This document shows, piece by piece, positions 1 to 13,600 of a stretch of DNA of 64,000 bases (its first letter is position 1; each line of letters starts with the position of its first letter). The stretch is from Tubulanus polymorphus. Lineage: Eukaryota; Animalia; Nemertea. The position numbers were made by a program, and so were the translations under genes. The notes below the pieces were generated by a model. That model was not told the DNA's origin and searched no databases. It saw only the letters and a list, made by a program, of their open reading frames with translations. Location of the stretch: positions 23,850,299 to 23,914,298 of the forward strand of contig NC_134025.1 in assembly GCF_964204645.1 (NCBI RefSeq), given 5' to 3'.

Positions 1-375
1 AGAAAAGTGGAAATAATGACAAATTAGTGATAAACCGTAGCACATTATTAGCAGATGGTAGAGATGAATTAATTTAATGACGAAACTCCGTACAGCGAAT
101 GTAATACAGAAGCTGACAATGAAATAAATGAAAAACAGGGTTAAAGAGTAATAGTTATGCTGGTAATTTAGACGTGGCTGAATTTTGGAACTGGAATTAT
201 TGTGGTATCATAAGTTGGACTTTTTTCTGAATTCCGCATATACCATTGTATAGTACTTACATGTGTAATTTTTGCTTGTGTTATTTTTTCGAGAGTTCAA
301 TATCACCATTCTGATTCATTCTCCTTCATAACGAAGAGAATTATTTTCATTTTTTTTCCGCGATTTCGATTATAG

Positions 376-3300
376 TTTCCTCATCGGGCGCGAGAAGAAT
401 CCGGAAAAGAGCGAGGTCGCGCGACTCATACAACAATCGCTCGATCAGGACAAACAACGTCAGGTGGTGCGACGCCGCGAGCAAGAACGTCAACATGAAA
501 TACGTCAGGAACTCCGTCGTGAAGAAGAGGAACTACAGCAAAAACAACAACTACAACAGGAACAACAGGAACGATTAGAAATGGAGCGAGAAGCTAGCGA
601 GGTACACGTTAAAACTATTCTTCTGTACTCTTTAGAAATTGAGAAAGTTCTCCTGAATTCAAGTCGGTAAACCACTTCCTCTTTGAAGTTTCCAATTTTC
701 CCATCACAAGATCCTCAATATCTGTCCTACTAGTAACTATACACTGCAATCATCACCAGTGGTTATCTTGGAAAACTGTTCAAGTCAATAGGTTTTAATA
801 AGATTCAGTTTCCCTGATCATCAATTGGTAATTCAAAAATTTGAAAAAAACTTAGCCAACAAACTATTGCGTTCCTTTTTCATCCATTGGCTGTCCTTGA
901 AAGTCCAGTTATTTTTGGAAGTTTTGAAGACGCTTTAATTGAGTGTGGCATGCATGGACCCCTAGTTGTACTAATAGTTCCTATTCATGTTCATCATTGG
1001 GATTATAGATTCGAGAACCAGAAGTTTCACCCGAGGATGCACCCATCGAAAATTCAATGGAGGATATATCGCCGGTTGACGGAGTATCGGGGAACAATAT
1101 TGAGGTTTTCGACCTCGAAGAGAGCAGCAGCGAATCTATCACTCCTGATATGGATGCTCAGGTGCTATTCATCAAGCTCAAAGAGGCGCAATACAAAAAC
1201 GCAGTCGCCGAGGCAGAAGTTGCCAAACTTAAAGCTAGAGTAAGTCATAGTGATATATAGCGAATTTGCTCCCATGTAAAAGCTTCAGAAGTTATCGAGC
1301 AAAATACGTAGCATGTGGCAAAAAATTTCTCAATAAATTTTGCGGTGCTTAATTTCAAATTGGGATCTATGCTACTTCTTATACATATAATATATGATAA
1401 TCGTGCATGTGACATTAATATCTTGCAGCCGCTTACTGCTGTCAGTATGCAATGCATGTACGTTATGAATATATCTATCGAATTGCAGCTTATTTTATTG
1501 GATAATATCGAAGTGCAGAAGAAGAATCTTGAAAAGAAATGCGAGGATTTGTCGAAGAGAATGCGCGATACTGAACTTAATCTGCAGAACTCCACGAAAC
1601 AAATGGCTGAATACCAGGTAAAATGAATGCGCACATTTGCCGATGCATACGTAAGCTTCCAAATATTTAATGGATGACATTAAAAGCATGTCGTGTTGAT
1701 GAGAATGCAGTTCCTTTCAAATTCAGTTCTTTTACTTGATTTGTCCTATGTTTGGGGGTCTTAAAAAAACTATTACTAAGACCATCAGAATGTTAGACAT
1801 TGTAGAAACGATTTACTTTCCAGTATCCTAAAAGACAGGGAGGGTCTTTTACAGTCGAAAAGCTCAGATTTAATGTTAGACATTGTAGAAACGATTTACT
1901 TTCCAGTATCCTAAAAGACAGGGAGGGTCTTTTACAGTCGAAAAGCTCAGATTTACATACCGTGCCTCAATATATAACTAGTCATAGGATTTAAGCCTAT
2001 TTTTTGGCGAGTTGTATCGATTACTTCTAGGTTTAACTGCACGTTGTTATTTCATGTGCTTTGTTTCTCTCTGTTTGTCGCATTCAGGAAGGGGAGAAAA
2101 CCTTAAAAAATCAAGTGGTGAGTCTTAAGAAATCATCAACTGCCGCCATTTATTACAATCATCTGGGCACACGTCATCCCTCAATTAGTAGTACGAAGTG
2201 AATATTTTCCGCTTTTTCCTTAATACACGTGTACACATGAGTGCAGATTCTTCATCCTTCTTTCATTGTGGATAACATCTTTTTTGATGTATATAACAAT
2301 ACCTGTCCTGTTATATCCTGCGGTGCTATGGTAGAATTGAATGCACGCTAGATAGAATTTCTACTTCCGTCGCATGTTTAATCGGGAGAGGTTTACATTT
2401 AATAGATTCATTCATTCATTCTCTTCTTAATGTGGAATAAGGATAACCTTTTCAATTTGCTCAACCCAAGAAATCAGATTGCCCGCATCAAAACTTTTGA
2501 TTTTTTTTGGGCGGTGATTAGATGGCTGTGTGCGTGGAAACTAGGTACTTTTGCATAAGCAATGTCTATTGAGTGGATCTTCTCTTTTTACCTCGTGGGC
2601 CAGACAAAATTCTAAGAATTAACTCACTCCAAATCAACTCATCAGTACACTGCCCTGGAATGTGAGGTTCCACGAGATCCATGGCAAATTAATCGGCCTA
2701 CATCCCTCTGCAAATTGTTTGTGGTCGGTGGTGATATTTTATAAATGGATAGGCCTATGGCTTACCATGAAAATATCCTATCGTGAAACTAATAAAATCA
2801 CAGTCATGATCCTGTGAGAACTGACTTAGTGACTGTGTCAGTAAACTGGACAGGTTTAGTTTTGCATTTTCCTAAAAATTGAAGAACTTGCCAGCTTGCC
2901 TTCTGATTCATTTAATTCATTAATGAAAAACCCTTGGATTAGACCAGGCTGCCATTTTCTCTCTAGTTCAGTGTTATATCTTTCTAATAGTTCTCAATTT
3001 GCACCATCAAACCATCTCGAAATTTCCATCTTAAGAATTTGTAGCTTGTTATGTGTTTGCAGTGTGTAACAGAGTTATATCTGATAGTTTGAAAGTTCTC
3101 ATCACTTCCCTATGTACTTTTTTTGCAATCCTCACATGCAAGAATGTTAATTCTAAAGTAATAGTTGTTTCATTGAGACTATTTTATTTAGTTTTACACT
3201 ACAATAACCTGTAAATGTTACTGGATATTTATTCATAATAACAGCTTACAATTACGCATCCAATCTATTATTTTCAGTGCATTTTGATTACGGGTATTCT

Positions 3301-6300
3301 GTTATTCAATTTTTGTTATAGTATGCATCTTGGTATTATTCTTTCAGGACCTGCTGGAAGGGTCACAAGGTCAGTACATAATGTTGGAGAAGAAAATGCA
3401 GAATGAATATGGAGCTTTAGAAAAGAAATATCATAAAGCGAAGAAACTGATTAAAGATTATCAACAAAGGTAAAAAAAAGGTTAATCTAAGAGATATTAT
3501 TGTAGAAGTTTCATTGATCATGAAAATGATACAACTAGACAAGTAGTACTACATGGGTTAACTATTTTATTTGATACATGAGCTTTCATTACTAGTGTAT
3601 GGTAGCTTCATCAGATTCATCCAATGAAGCTACTATACACTAGTGGCGAAAGCTTGTGCATCAAATAAAGTAGTTAACCTATAAAGTGCTATTCGTCTCG
3701 TATTTATCCTACCCCCGGTTAACACGGCTACTCTACGAATCTAATGACCATAAACTTGAAATATAACTGCTTAAATGTGATGATGCTTACAGGGAAAAGG
3801 ATTTACTACAAGAAAGGGAAGCATTTATGCAGGTACAATCTGAAAGGGACCAACAATATAATCAATTAGTGAAATCTCTCAAAGACAGGGTAAGTACTCA
3901 AGTTACCCGGAAATCTAAATATTTGCAATGGCTGTTGGACCACTTCAGTAAATATGCGATCTTGTTCGATTACAGATCTTTGAGCTGGAAAAGAACCTAG
4001 CGGAAGCTCAAAAGGCTGCTGGTATTCCTGTGGCTATTCCTAAGGAATTAAGTGTCAAAGATGGACATCGTATCGATGTCACTCCATCAATTCAGAGTGT
4101 CATCAAAGGTATGAACGCGGTTATATTCACACATTAGAATATTTGCTTAGAAAATAATTCAGCTTTTGCTCAAAACATTTCAATCTAGGTCATTTAGTAA
4201 AAAGCATGTCAGTGCATCTCTTAAATCGTTGAAGTATTTACCGATACTAAGATTTATTCCTGCCGTGTATGTGAGGTGTGTATTAACAAGGTGCATTGTA
4301 GAATATTTAAAATGGGCTGAACCCTTTGAAATCTTTGTATTTCATCCCGAGACATACGCTGTGTAATTGCATTGACATGTTAATGGTATCAAATTGCGTC
4401 GAACTGCAATTATTTATAGGTTTGTTTTTTTTTCTCTTTTCCAAATTGATTATTTTGCTCAATCGTTGCTTTGGTAAATATTCACGGAACACTGAACGCT
4501 TGGTTAACACGATAATGCAGTGTTTATAGAAAAAGTCACCCATTCAGCGTTGCTATACCCTTGACGAAAACATCACTTTTTCAGCTCTTGTAAAAATTAC
4601 TGGCTTGGCTTTGCTGTACATTTAATACTGAAGCCATTACGGTATCTGCATACAAGTGTTATGTAATCATTCTGAGGTTTTTAAGTGTAATTGAGAATCA
4701 TCGGTGATCTTAATCCTTTGGTTAAAATTGGCCCCCATTTTGCATGTTCATATTGAAATCTTGAACAGATTTCCCAAAAAATAATTCAGGAATCTACGCA
4801 TGTTTTAAACATAACAGCGAGTATCAATCAGACATTTTTGATTTTCTTGATTTTTTCGATAATATCTTACATTCATAATTTGCACAAGATTCATTCAGCG
4901 ATATCAAATTGATAGGTTTCATCCAAGGACAAATCATGAAATCTTTTCCTGAACTAAATCTGCATAAACATGAATGTAACTTATTACGTCTAGTGTGAAT
5001 ATGTAGTTGTATGTAAACTAGATGAATGTTTGTGTTATGAGATTTTTACTGAAACGATTCCTTGATTCTCTCATGCATTACAGTGACTGCTATACAGCAG
5101 TTAGTTCCTGATTACTTATCGGAAGCTTCGTCTGAGTCGGAGCTTGATATGAGCCCAGGTGAGATTGTATGTCCATAACGTATTATGATTTGCATGGTGT
5201 ATGAACATTAAAATGATGTAATTGGCTCCCTTTCGACAATTACCGGTATATCTACGTACTGTGCACTCTCCCTTTAGCAAATCCCTCGTGGTCCGAAGCA
5301 AGTAATGAACTTGTTGAACTAATATATTGGTTAAGGATATCCTTTAGAGATGCCGAATTATCACATTCTCAGTGGTTAGAAATCATTCCTAATGAAACTG
5401 AAAAAAATTCAATGAAAATTGCTTGAATTGACAATGGGCATATTTGTAAGCATGAGATATTTTAGATTTAAAAAGTTGTAGTTTAGACATGTGTGTGAAT
5501 GTTTGCTGTTCTCGTGGTGGTAGTGGCATGGCTTGCTTCTTAATTTAATTCAATCTAATTATACTCGAGATGAGACAGTATATTACGTCTATGTTGTAAG
5601 TTTAGACAAACATATACTCTTTTCAGCAAATACCGACTGCTTTCTGGTCAAAATGAGATTCACGAAGCATGTTGGCACGGCGTTTCTACTGAATTGAGTT
5701 TATGTCCTCTACATTTAGATGTTATTGCTTTTACTTAGTACTGAAAAGCCGTGGTTTCGACTTAAATTTCAGTCATTTGTTAAACTGTCAATGTCAAAAC
5801 AGATGCTGATACATAATGGACTGAAATGTTGAGAAAGCTGCATAGATGTACTGTAGAATTGATAGTTTTACTAAACTTTATCGAAACAATAATCTATTTA
5901 TTGTAGAGGAAGAGAAAGTTGTCCAACAAGAAAATGGTCACGTTGTAAATAGTCAAATCAATTTGGAGGAAGTTCCAGACACTGAACTGTTGGATGTTTC
6001 TGCCGCCAAAACGAAAGCGCAGCTTGCAAATACCGGTGCAATGGCTACCAGAAAACCGCCAACTAATACCAAAAAGGTACCTTTCACAACTCCCACCCTG
6101 TCCTCTTAATACATCAGGTATTTCCTTCAAGTACTGAACCATTTCCTGTGGTATTTGCCAACATTTTCTGAATTGGAATTGTATGTACTTGTTTCATTTG
6201 GGGGCCATCTTTTTCAATAACATTCTCATAAATGCTTCGTCTTTGACCGCTTCGGGAACAAACACGAGTCTCAGGAATATTGGGAGGCTTTCCGCCTCTT

Positions 6301-9300
6301 TAAGGTGAGTCCCGTTTCATTCTAAGGGGGATTCTCTGGGATTTTCTGGGATTTTAGTCCCAGCAAGCTGTTGCATTCACTTTTCGTCCATCCTCCGTCT
6401 ATAGACGGAATCCAGTTTCAAGTTTTCAATATGCTTTGATATGGTCTTGATATTTTATTTATGTATGGTTATGTTCTGGACCCTTAGTTTACCACGCGAT
6501 CAAGCTGTTTATCTATTGGCCGGCCCCTGCTACTACCCTTGTGCTGGACTAGTCTAGCAAAAACCATAGAAAAGGGTACAACAGTACTTGAAGGAAATCA
6601 TACAACTTTTAGTCCCAAAAATTAGCTCCATTTTGTATTTTGTTGTCGTATATTTTAGATTCTTCAAGATGGCGATGATTTAGAAACGGAGGTTGTATCG
6701 GAGAATTTAGAACCGTTCATCAAGCATGATAGGTATATATTCTTATAATTCTGCATAGTTTATATTAGTTTATTAGAAACTAGGAGTTCACTTTTAGTGG
6801 TAGAACTTTTATACCAAAAATACACACCCGTATTCATTAGGGGTATGTATTTTTGATGAAATAGCCTGCTATTAATTGATACTGATTGCATGAAAAACCA
6901 AAGATATATTTTGCTTCAGTGAACTAATCAACTGATACATTTTCCAATGATTTACTGTATCATATTTTCACTATTAGTTTATATGTTCTTGTGTAGGTTT
7001 CTAGAGGATGATGAGTACGTAGGCAGTGTTTGTATTCGCCGGTTTAGGGTTTTGTTCTCCTTTCTCCTGTTCTGGGATAATATTTCATCATTGCTGCTTC
7101 GAGTCTTTGATAACCGCGTAAACCTACGATGTATTACTGTAAACCTTTTCTTATCTAGGCATTCAAATCAAAATGAAATACATTTTCAGCATTCCCCGAC
7201 TATTTTATGCGTAGGTTTACCGTAAAAACTCGTTTAAAATCGATAGACTAAAAAAAGTAATTTTCTTGGAAATAGTTTCATGTAGTCCTGTTTAATCAAA
7301 ATGATGATTTTTCTATAAGTTCCCATAGTAGTAGAGTTTTGATTTACGTATAACGTTTTGCTGTGGAAAATGAAATTTGAGACGATTGAGTGCTTTAAAC
7401 TAACAAAAACTGAAGTTTGCATCATAAAAATTAACACATTCAGTAATTAATGATTAACTGCATAATACCAGTAGATCTTTCATAGCTTTCACTATTTTGG
7501 CCATTCATTCGCAATTATTCGCAAAAATTGGGGTATCAGCTGAAACTCATCTGATTTCTATTCATTTTGAAATACAAATGATGATAGGAAACATCACAAT
7601 AGATAGGATTACGATTAATACATGTTTCTGGTACATTGTTGTTCATATCTGCATGCTTAGATCCATAAGTAAAACCAAGATCTGTTCTTTGAGCTTTGAC
7701 AGACTATTTTTTTAGACAAAAAAGCTCATGGTGATTGTATATTTCACACTGTTAGGACCAGCACACTGCTGGTTAGCTCTATCTCTGTATATTTCAACAC
7801 CTCACGTTCTGTGCATCATTTGCTTTACAGCGACAGCACAGTCAAAAAGAGAAAGCCACCTGCGCAACATTCGCCATCATCGGCGAGCCCCTCTCCACCC
7901 TCAGCACCCCCTTCATCATCGTCATACCCTGTCAATAATTACGATCAATATTTCGGCAGCGTATTTACCGACGAGATCGAAAATTCCGATGATTCCGATG
8001 AAATTGATGATTTCACGAACAGGTAACGAAAAAAATAATTAACTGAGCAATCGATCGATCAATATATTTGTTATATTAATTTTTTGTAAGTACAAAATGC
8101 TAAGGGTCGATGATTGTTCAAAATGGAGACAAGAAATCTTCCGATTACTGATTTTTATTTAATTCGCTTCGAGTCCAGCATTATATAACCTTTGAATCAT
8201 AAAGAGTTGCATGTTTTCAAACGATTAGTTCCCTCGTGAATTATTAATGCTACTAACAGATCATGCATGCGAAACGCTGAGCGTAGCAACTTTGTTCAGA
8301 AAATGATCCAGACTAATGTAAATTTCACGCTGTATTTGTCTCTATTTAGATAATTCTCTTCACATTCTCTCCCGTTAAAGTTAAATCAGGTGATAGAAAC
8401 TAGATTGTCTGTATGTTTGTTTTGTGTAGAAAAAAGGGATTTGATTTATTTATGGCGATGAAATTTGCTAAAAATTTGGCGAAACTGTTGAAACGTCTGA
8501 GATGATATGATTCGATTTTTGTGGAATACCTGTTTCAAAAATTTTATTCATATTTCATTTTTTTTTTAGCCACGATGAAATGAATAGTAACCGAGATGCA
8601 CAGTCCGATACGTCGAGTATATCACAAGTCAGTTACGAGCCGTCGCAACCCGTATTCCGAGGAATGTCGTCGGAGATCCCGGAATCTGTTGATGCCGTTG
8701 ACGGCGGAGTCATGCTAGTCTCAGCGAAACCAATTTCCGGTACTAGTAAGTTACATTTCTTGATATCTGTTTACTCAAAATGGTGGATAAAAGATTTTAG
8801 CCGAAACACATCCTCCCAGCTGGGATTCAAACCTGATGGCTCAACCACGGCACGAAACCCTGCCACACCCGACTGGGTGCGCAGGTACATGCATAGGTTT
8901 GCCACAAGAAAATTTGCAGCACCAATCAGATTGCTCATTGTATTATCGCTGAGGCAAGTTTCGTGGATAAACTAGAAATGGAAAAACCTGGGCTAAAATA
9001 TAACAGAATATCTGATTGGCTAATAATGACATAATGTAAGCTGCGCATGTGGCTGCGCACTCGGGCTAGTGTGGCAGGTTTTTGTATCATGATGAGTCTT
9101 AGGTTATCAGGATTGAATCCTTGCCGAGGGAGGATGACCAAAACACTGACATCAAAATATCTTATCTACAATAATATTCATCTGAACATTTTCTATGCTT
9201 TTTGCTTGTATAAGTATATTAGTATATATTACTTCAATAAGATATGTTATATCTCTGTGCATTTGAATTCCTGCTTCTTACTCATTTCTTGTGGTTTCGC

Positions 9301-10653
9301 TTTTGTCCGTAACTGCAATTGTAGCTGTGCGTTCTTTCAACAGGTTCTCCAAAGCTCAGTTCCTCCACACCTACCCGTCCTCAGAACAAAATTGGTAAAT
9401 CGTTCTTGTCTAAACTGGCGAACAGTCTAGACACATCGGGTGATTCTAGTTCAGGCATCACATTGATATCCTCGAAACCGCTGGATACTGGATACTCAGG
9501 GTACAGAAACTCAGGTAGCGATCATGTCAGTGAACTGAAGTGATATTTTGATGAATATACACTGTACATTGAAGCTAAGAGTGTACTGCTTTTTAGGCAT
9601 TAGTTTTATTAGTAATTTAACAGAAATCGCTATCTTTTCTACTCTTGCTATCATTTATTCTGATGCATTGCTAATGGACAGTTTTGAAAATCTTCATATA
9701 ACTTTCCTTCGATCTAAAAGAAACTAAATGAACTATTATTATCATCATTCAACTATTATTATCATCATGCTTGCATCGACTATTTACAATGTATTTCATG
9801 TGACAATACCATATTTTTCAGATTCATTGATAAGCAGTGGTGATACGTTAAACAGTAGCAATGTTGGATTAGTACGAGAATATGATGATGATAATGTACA
9901 TGCTCAATCATATAACTTCGCCTCAATGTCCCTTACCTCAGAAACTGTCTCAGTAAGTATTGAATAAATTAACTTAACTCAACTCGATGGATGGATGGAC
10001 ATTCATAACAGTAATGTTTGGGTTTGTTTTCAGGAGTCATCGGCACGGAAGGGTAGCAATCAGTGGCAGTCAGCTAAACCTGTACATGAATGGACGATAG
10101 AGCAAGTTTGTCATTGGCTTATTATGCATGAACTGGATCACTATAAAGATATATTTATTCATGAAAATATCGATGGGTCCAAACTATTGTTAATCGATGG
10201 TGCTCGTTTAAAGGTGATTACTACGGTTTTGTTTCTCGTTGCCCTACTCTTGCCTCAAATTTCCTATGTTCTTCTGGGAAAATTACCAAAACGCCGTAGA
10301 GATTTGAGAAATTATGATTAACTAAATGATCGTTAGTTATTGTATTCTTAATTGCGGCGAGTTCAATTTCAGTTTTAGTTCCCGTTGCAAAATGCAATCG
10401 TTTCTGGAATGTCGAAATTCCCAAATGTCGCCTGCAAAAAAATCAATAATACTAACTCGGAAAAGCTTTTGTTCTTCAGACTATGGGAATAGTGAATAGC
10501 AATGATCGAAATGCTTTCAAACGAAAACTTAAAGAGCTGAAGAGTAACATGGAGAAAGAGAAGAAACGAATGGAGAAAGAAGCGAAAAAAGACAACAGCT
10601 CAATGAGTAGTAGCATTAAAAAGAAGAAAATGTTCACGTTCGGAAAGTCATGA
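376..10653 (+). CDS. PPP1R9A: Neurabin/spinophilin-like PP1-targeting scaffold, 3' part (end of PDZ, coiled coil, SAM domain); 5' exons lie outside the window
   Basis: Phase-compatible GT-AG exons: 376-601, 1009-1239, 1489-1617, (2088-2117), 3348-3469, 3793-3889, 3976-4108, (5084-5158), 5907-6076, 6659-6732, (6997-7014), 7831-8022, 8570-8745, 9344-9514, 9822-9952, 10034-10213, 10480-10653 (TGA). Peptides FLIGREKNPEKSEVARLIQQSL, KLKEAQYKNAVAEAEVAKLK, LEKKYHKAKKLIKDYQQ and the SAM segment WTIEQVCHWL..IDGSKLL match the neurabin pattern. The symbol is for the family, not a proven 1:1 ortholog. Confidence 0.85.
1789..1954. repeat. Perfect 2 x 83-bp tandem duplication in a neurabin intron
   Basis: aatgttagacattgtagaaacg...gaaaagctcagattt occurs at 1789-1871 and 1872-1954. 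Confidence 0.95.
3528..3708. mobile_element. Inverted pair of Penelope-like (Neptune-type) terminal fragments with hammerhead-like cores
   Basis: ~85-bp imperfect arms. Minus strand reads CTGATGA-A-gctaccatacactagtaat-GAAAGCTC. Plus strand reads ccaATGA-A-gctactatacactagtggc-GAAAGCTT-gtgcatcAAATAAAgtagttaacctataaagtgc. Confidence 0.6.
6120..6598. mobile_element. MITE-like element (~480 bp) with ~40-bp imperfect TIRs
   Basis: Left end atttccttcaagtactg... and right end ...cagtacttgaaggaaat are perfect inverted copies for 17 bp and continue imperfectly. No clear TSD. Confidence 0.7.
8807..9138. mobile_element. Degenerate foldback/MITE-like long inverted repeat
   Basis: Nested complementary blocks: catcctccc/gggaggatg, ggattcaaacctgat/atcaggattgaatcc, cctgccacac/gtgtggcagg, gtgcgcag/ctgcgcac, ccaatcagat/atctgattgg. 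Confidence 0.65.
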
Positions 10654-13600
10654 TAGAAACCTGCCATGTTTATACATATAATCGCTGTACATAGGAGAAA
10701 TATTCAATCGCGCTGTTCTTTTAAACGATGGTTGTGTACAGGCGGCCAAACATTGCGTTCACGCAGTGTTGATTGTTGACACGAGTTTCTTATCCACCTT
10801 TTGTGCTGCAATTTTCATTGATATTCACGTTTGAAATTAAGTAAATGATCATAAATGGAAGAGAATTTATTTGTATACTCTAGATGATAGCTTACATTAA
10901 AGCTTTGTTGATACTACTCAGATTCCGATTTTACAATTTCTGGTTTCATTTGTAAAAGATTCGTTCACTTTTAATCATTTTATCTCTAAAAGTCGAATAT
11001 AACTGGCCCACAATAAGAATTTGTATCGTATTTGATTTGATGCAATTCAGGAATCAAAATCACCAAATATAAAAACACATGCATGAAAAATCATAAACCT
11101 GTAAATTATGAAAATCGATAGAGTCATTGTTCTGATATGACATCCCCTTTGAAAGCAGACATGAACTATCGCCAGGTTTATCTGACATTCCTATAAGCTT
11201 CGTCGTATTTGGGTCTTTGCTGGTTAGTCATATCAGTAATAGTAGTTTATCTCTCATTTTTTGTGTCAGATCGAACGAAATAAGGTATATTATATTAGCA
11301 TTGAAATTCTTTTTAAGACTTCCAAAAGGTCAGTGCTGTTTGGAGTGAGTATTCTATTTTAAAAGTATCTGTATGTTTACTATACATAATATATAATATA
11401 TTTTCTGTTAGATTTGGCTTCCTGGTAGGGTGTTTTCTGATAAAGGACCATATATGAATTGTGTATTATTATGACTGATGATTGTACATACATACATACA
11501 TACATAAGTATTTTGTACATACATGTATATACTTACATGTGTATAATATCTTTTATGTATAATGAGCAGATCGTGTTTCAGAAAAAAAGACTGGGTTTGC
11601 TACGTCAAGAAAATGTATATTTCACTTTTTTCAGACAGATGTATCATGAACCTGATACATGTAATTCAAAATCCCTTTGTATTAAGAAATAGTACACGTT
11701 GCTTGCTTTAAGGTTTTGTTTCGGTTATGAATGATTTCCTTCGTAAATGTTCTTATCCTCTCATGAATGAATCTGTTTTTCGGTTTAGTACTTAAAATTT
11801 AGTACTTAACGTCTTAGAAACTGAAACTGAAAACTTGTATCGCACCATTCAGAAATGCTACTATGTTATCACTAAGAAGTTCTCAATCATTTCATATATC
11901 TAAAAAGATTTGCAATGTTTGCACGGGTACTTAATGTGAATTATGGCAGAGGGAGCCCTAGTTGCATGCATATTGTATCAAGTGAGTGATTTACACCGAT
12001 CTGCTGTTTCCTTATTTTGTGAGGAATTTGGTGCAGATTATGCTGAAATGTCAAGTGACGAACACTTCTACTTAAATATGATTAACGAATGTTAGTTATT
12101 GTGTTTCTGCTTAAAGAATAGGTTAGACCTGTAGTATTTTAGCAAACATTTAATCGTTAAACTATAGTCTAGTCGTCGTAATAAGGTGGCATAAGTTAAA
12201 TGCTTTGCTGTGTATCTTACTCCGCTTGTTCGCTTCGATATCAGGTAAATGTGGATTTGATAAGCATTATTTTGATACAACAGCAGTGGGAGAGAGAGGA
12301 GCAGTATCTTTTTACTGCTATGAGAATCTCGGTAGTATTACTGATGAGGTTTATTATACCTCTCTCGCTCTCCATTCAGCCACATTCTTACAGTTTGTCT
12401 TTGCTCGAAAGGGGTATGCTTTGGTTCGTTAGCCTTGCTAAACTCCTCAACAGTTGTTTGCTATTATCATCTATTCTTGCTACTATAGACTGCACTGGAT
12501 CTTAATGATAGTGAATGCCAATGAGGGGATTGGCCCGGTGTAGTTATATTTTGTATTGAAAGTATTACTTAATACTTTACAAACAGTTATGTAATAATGC
12601 GATCTATAGCATATCTTAGCATTGATCATTAAATATTAGCAAAAAGTCCATTGATGTTGAAAGTCTGAAAAAGACTGGCACAGTATGTTTTTCACTCAAA
12701 ATTTGGATTCTATCAAAGAAATGCCATTTCTCTGCTTGATACACCACTTTCTAAGACATTGAAAATATCAGTTCAACAATAGGATCAAAATTAAGTAATA
12801 ATTTTGAAGTAAACAACTAAAGAACATGCGCCTAGCTAAGAACTGAACCCTCTTTGTTCAGTTTTCTTACCCGCTTATACGGGGGTCTTATCTTGACATT
12901 CTATACAGATGTGTTGAAAATGCTAGTGCAATATATTGAGTAATAAAAATGCATATACAATTGTTATGTATTATATGATATAATATAATGAATTTGATTG
13001 TCGATTACATGAATATTTGCATGTGTTTTTTCTTTTTCATTTTTCGATGTACATCTCTAAATGTACTTTTCAACGCGTCGTTTTATTAACGCGATGAATT
13101 TGCAACAAAAGATTATTCAAATGCATAAGCTGTTGCAATTTTTTTTTGGGATCATTCATTTATTGCGTACACTTTAGGGGAGGGGGAGGGGTAAGTGCAA
13201 TTGCCTACGGTAATGCTTAATGTTTATGAAAAAATGGCCGATTTTGAGTACTGGGGTGGTTGAAAAAGTCAAATTTAAATGAATGATCCCTGTTGAAAAA
13301 AAATACAATTTGTGATATTTTCTGGAATATTTCGTGCATGTGTATTCGTGTATTGTTTGTTTACGAACCGTTGGCACCACCACGGTCAATCGTCGTTTAC
13401 ACCTGCTGGGTGAAAAAGAAATTCTTTTTCGTGTCTTTTTGGTGGAAAATATGGTCATAAAAGAAGCTTTTAAACATATTGGAAACTGATAATATGATGG
13501 TTGTGAAATATTTATGTATTTTTCTTTTGTGCGCAACTTTTTCTTCCGATCCCCATTCAATTATATCCAGCTTATTTGGCTTGATTTATCTATCCTTCCT

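Noticed and set aside
10651-10656. Stop-codon readthrough or selenocysteine at the neurabin TGA
   Set aside because: TGA is immediately followed by in-frame TAG, and no SECIS was recognised.
12341-12365. CTGATGA plus short stem, resembling a hammerhead
   Set aside because: No GAAA follows stem II, so the core is incomplete.
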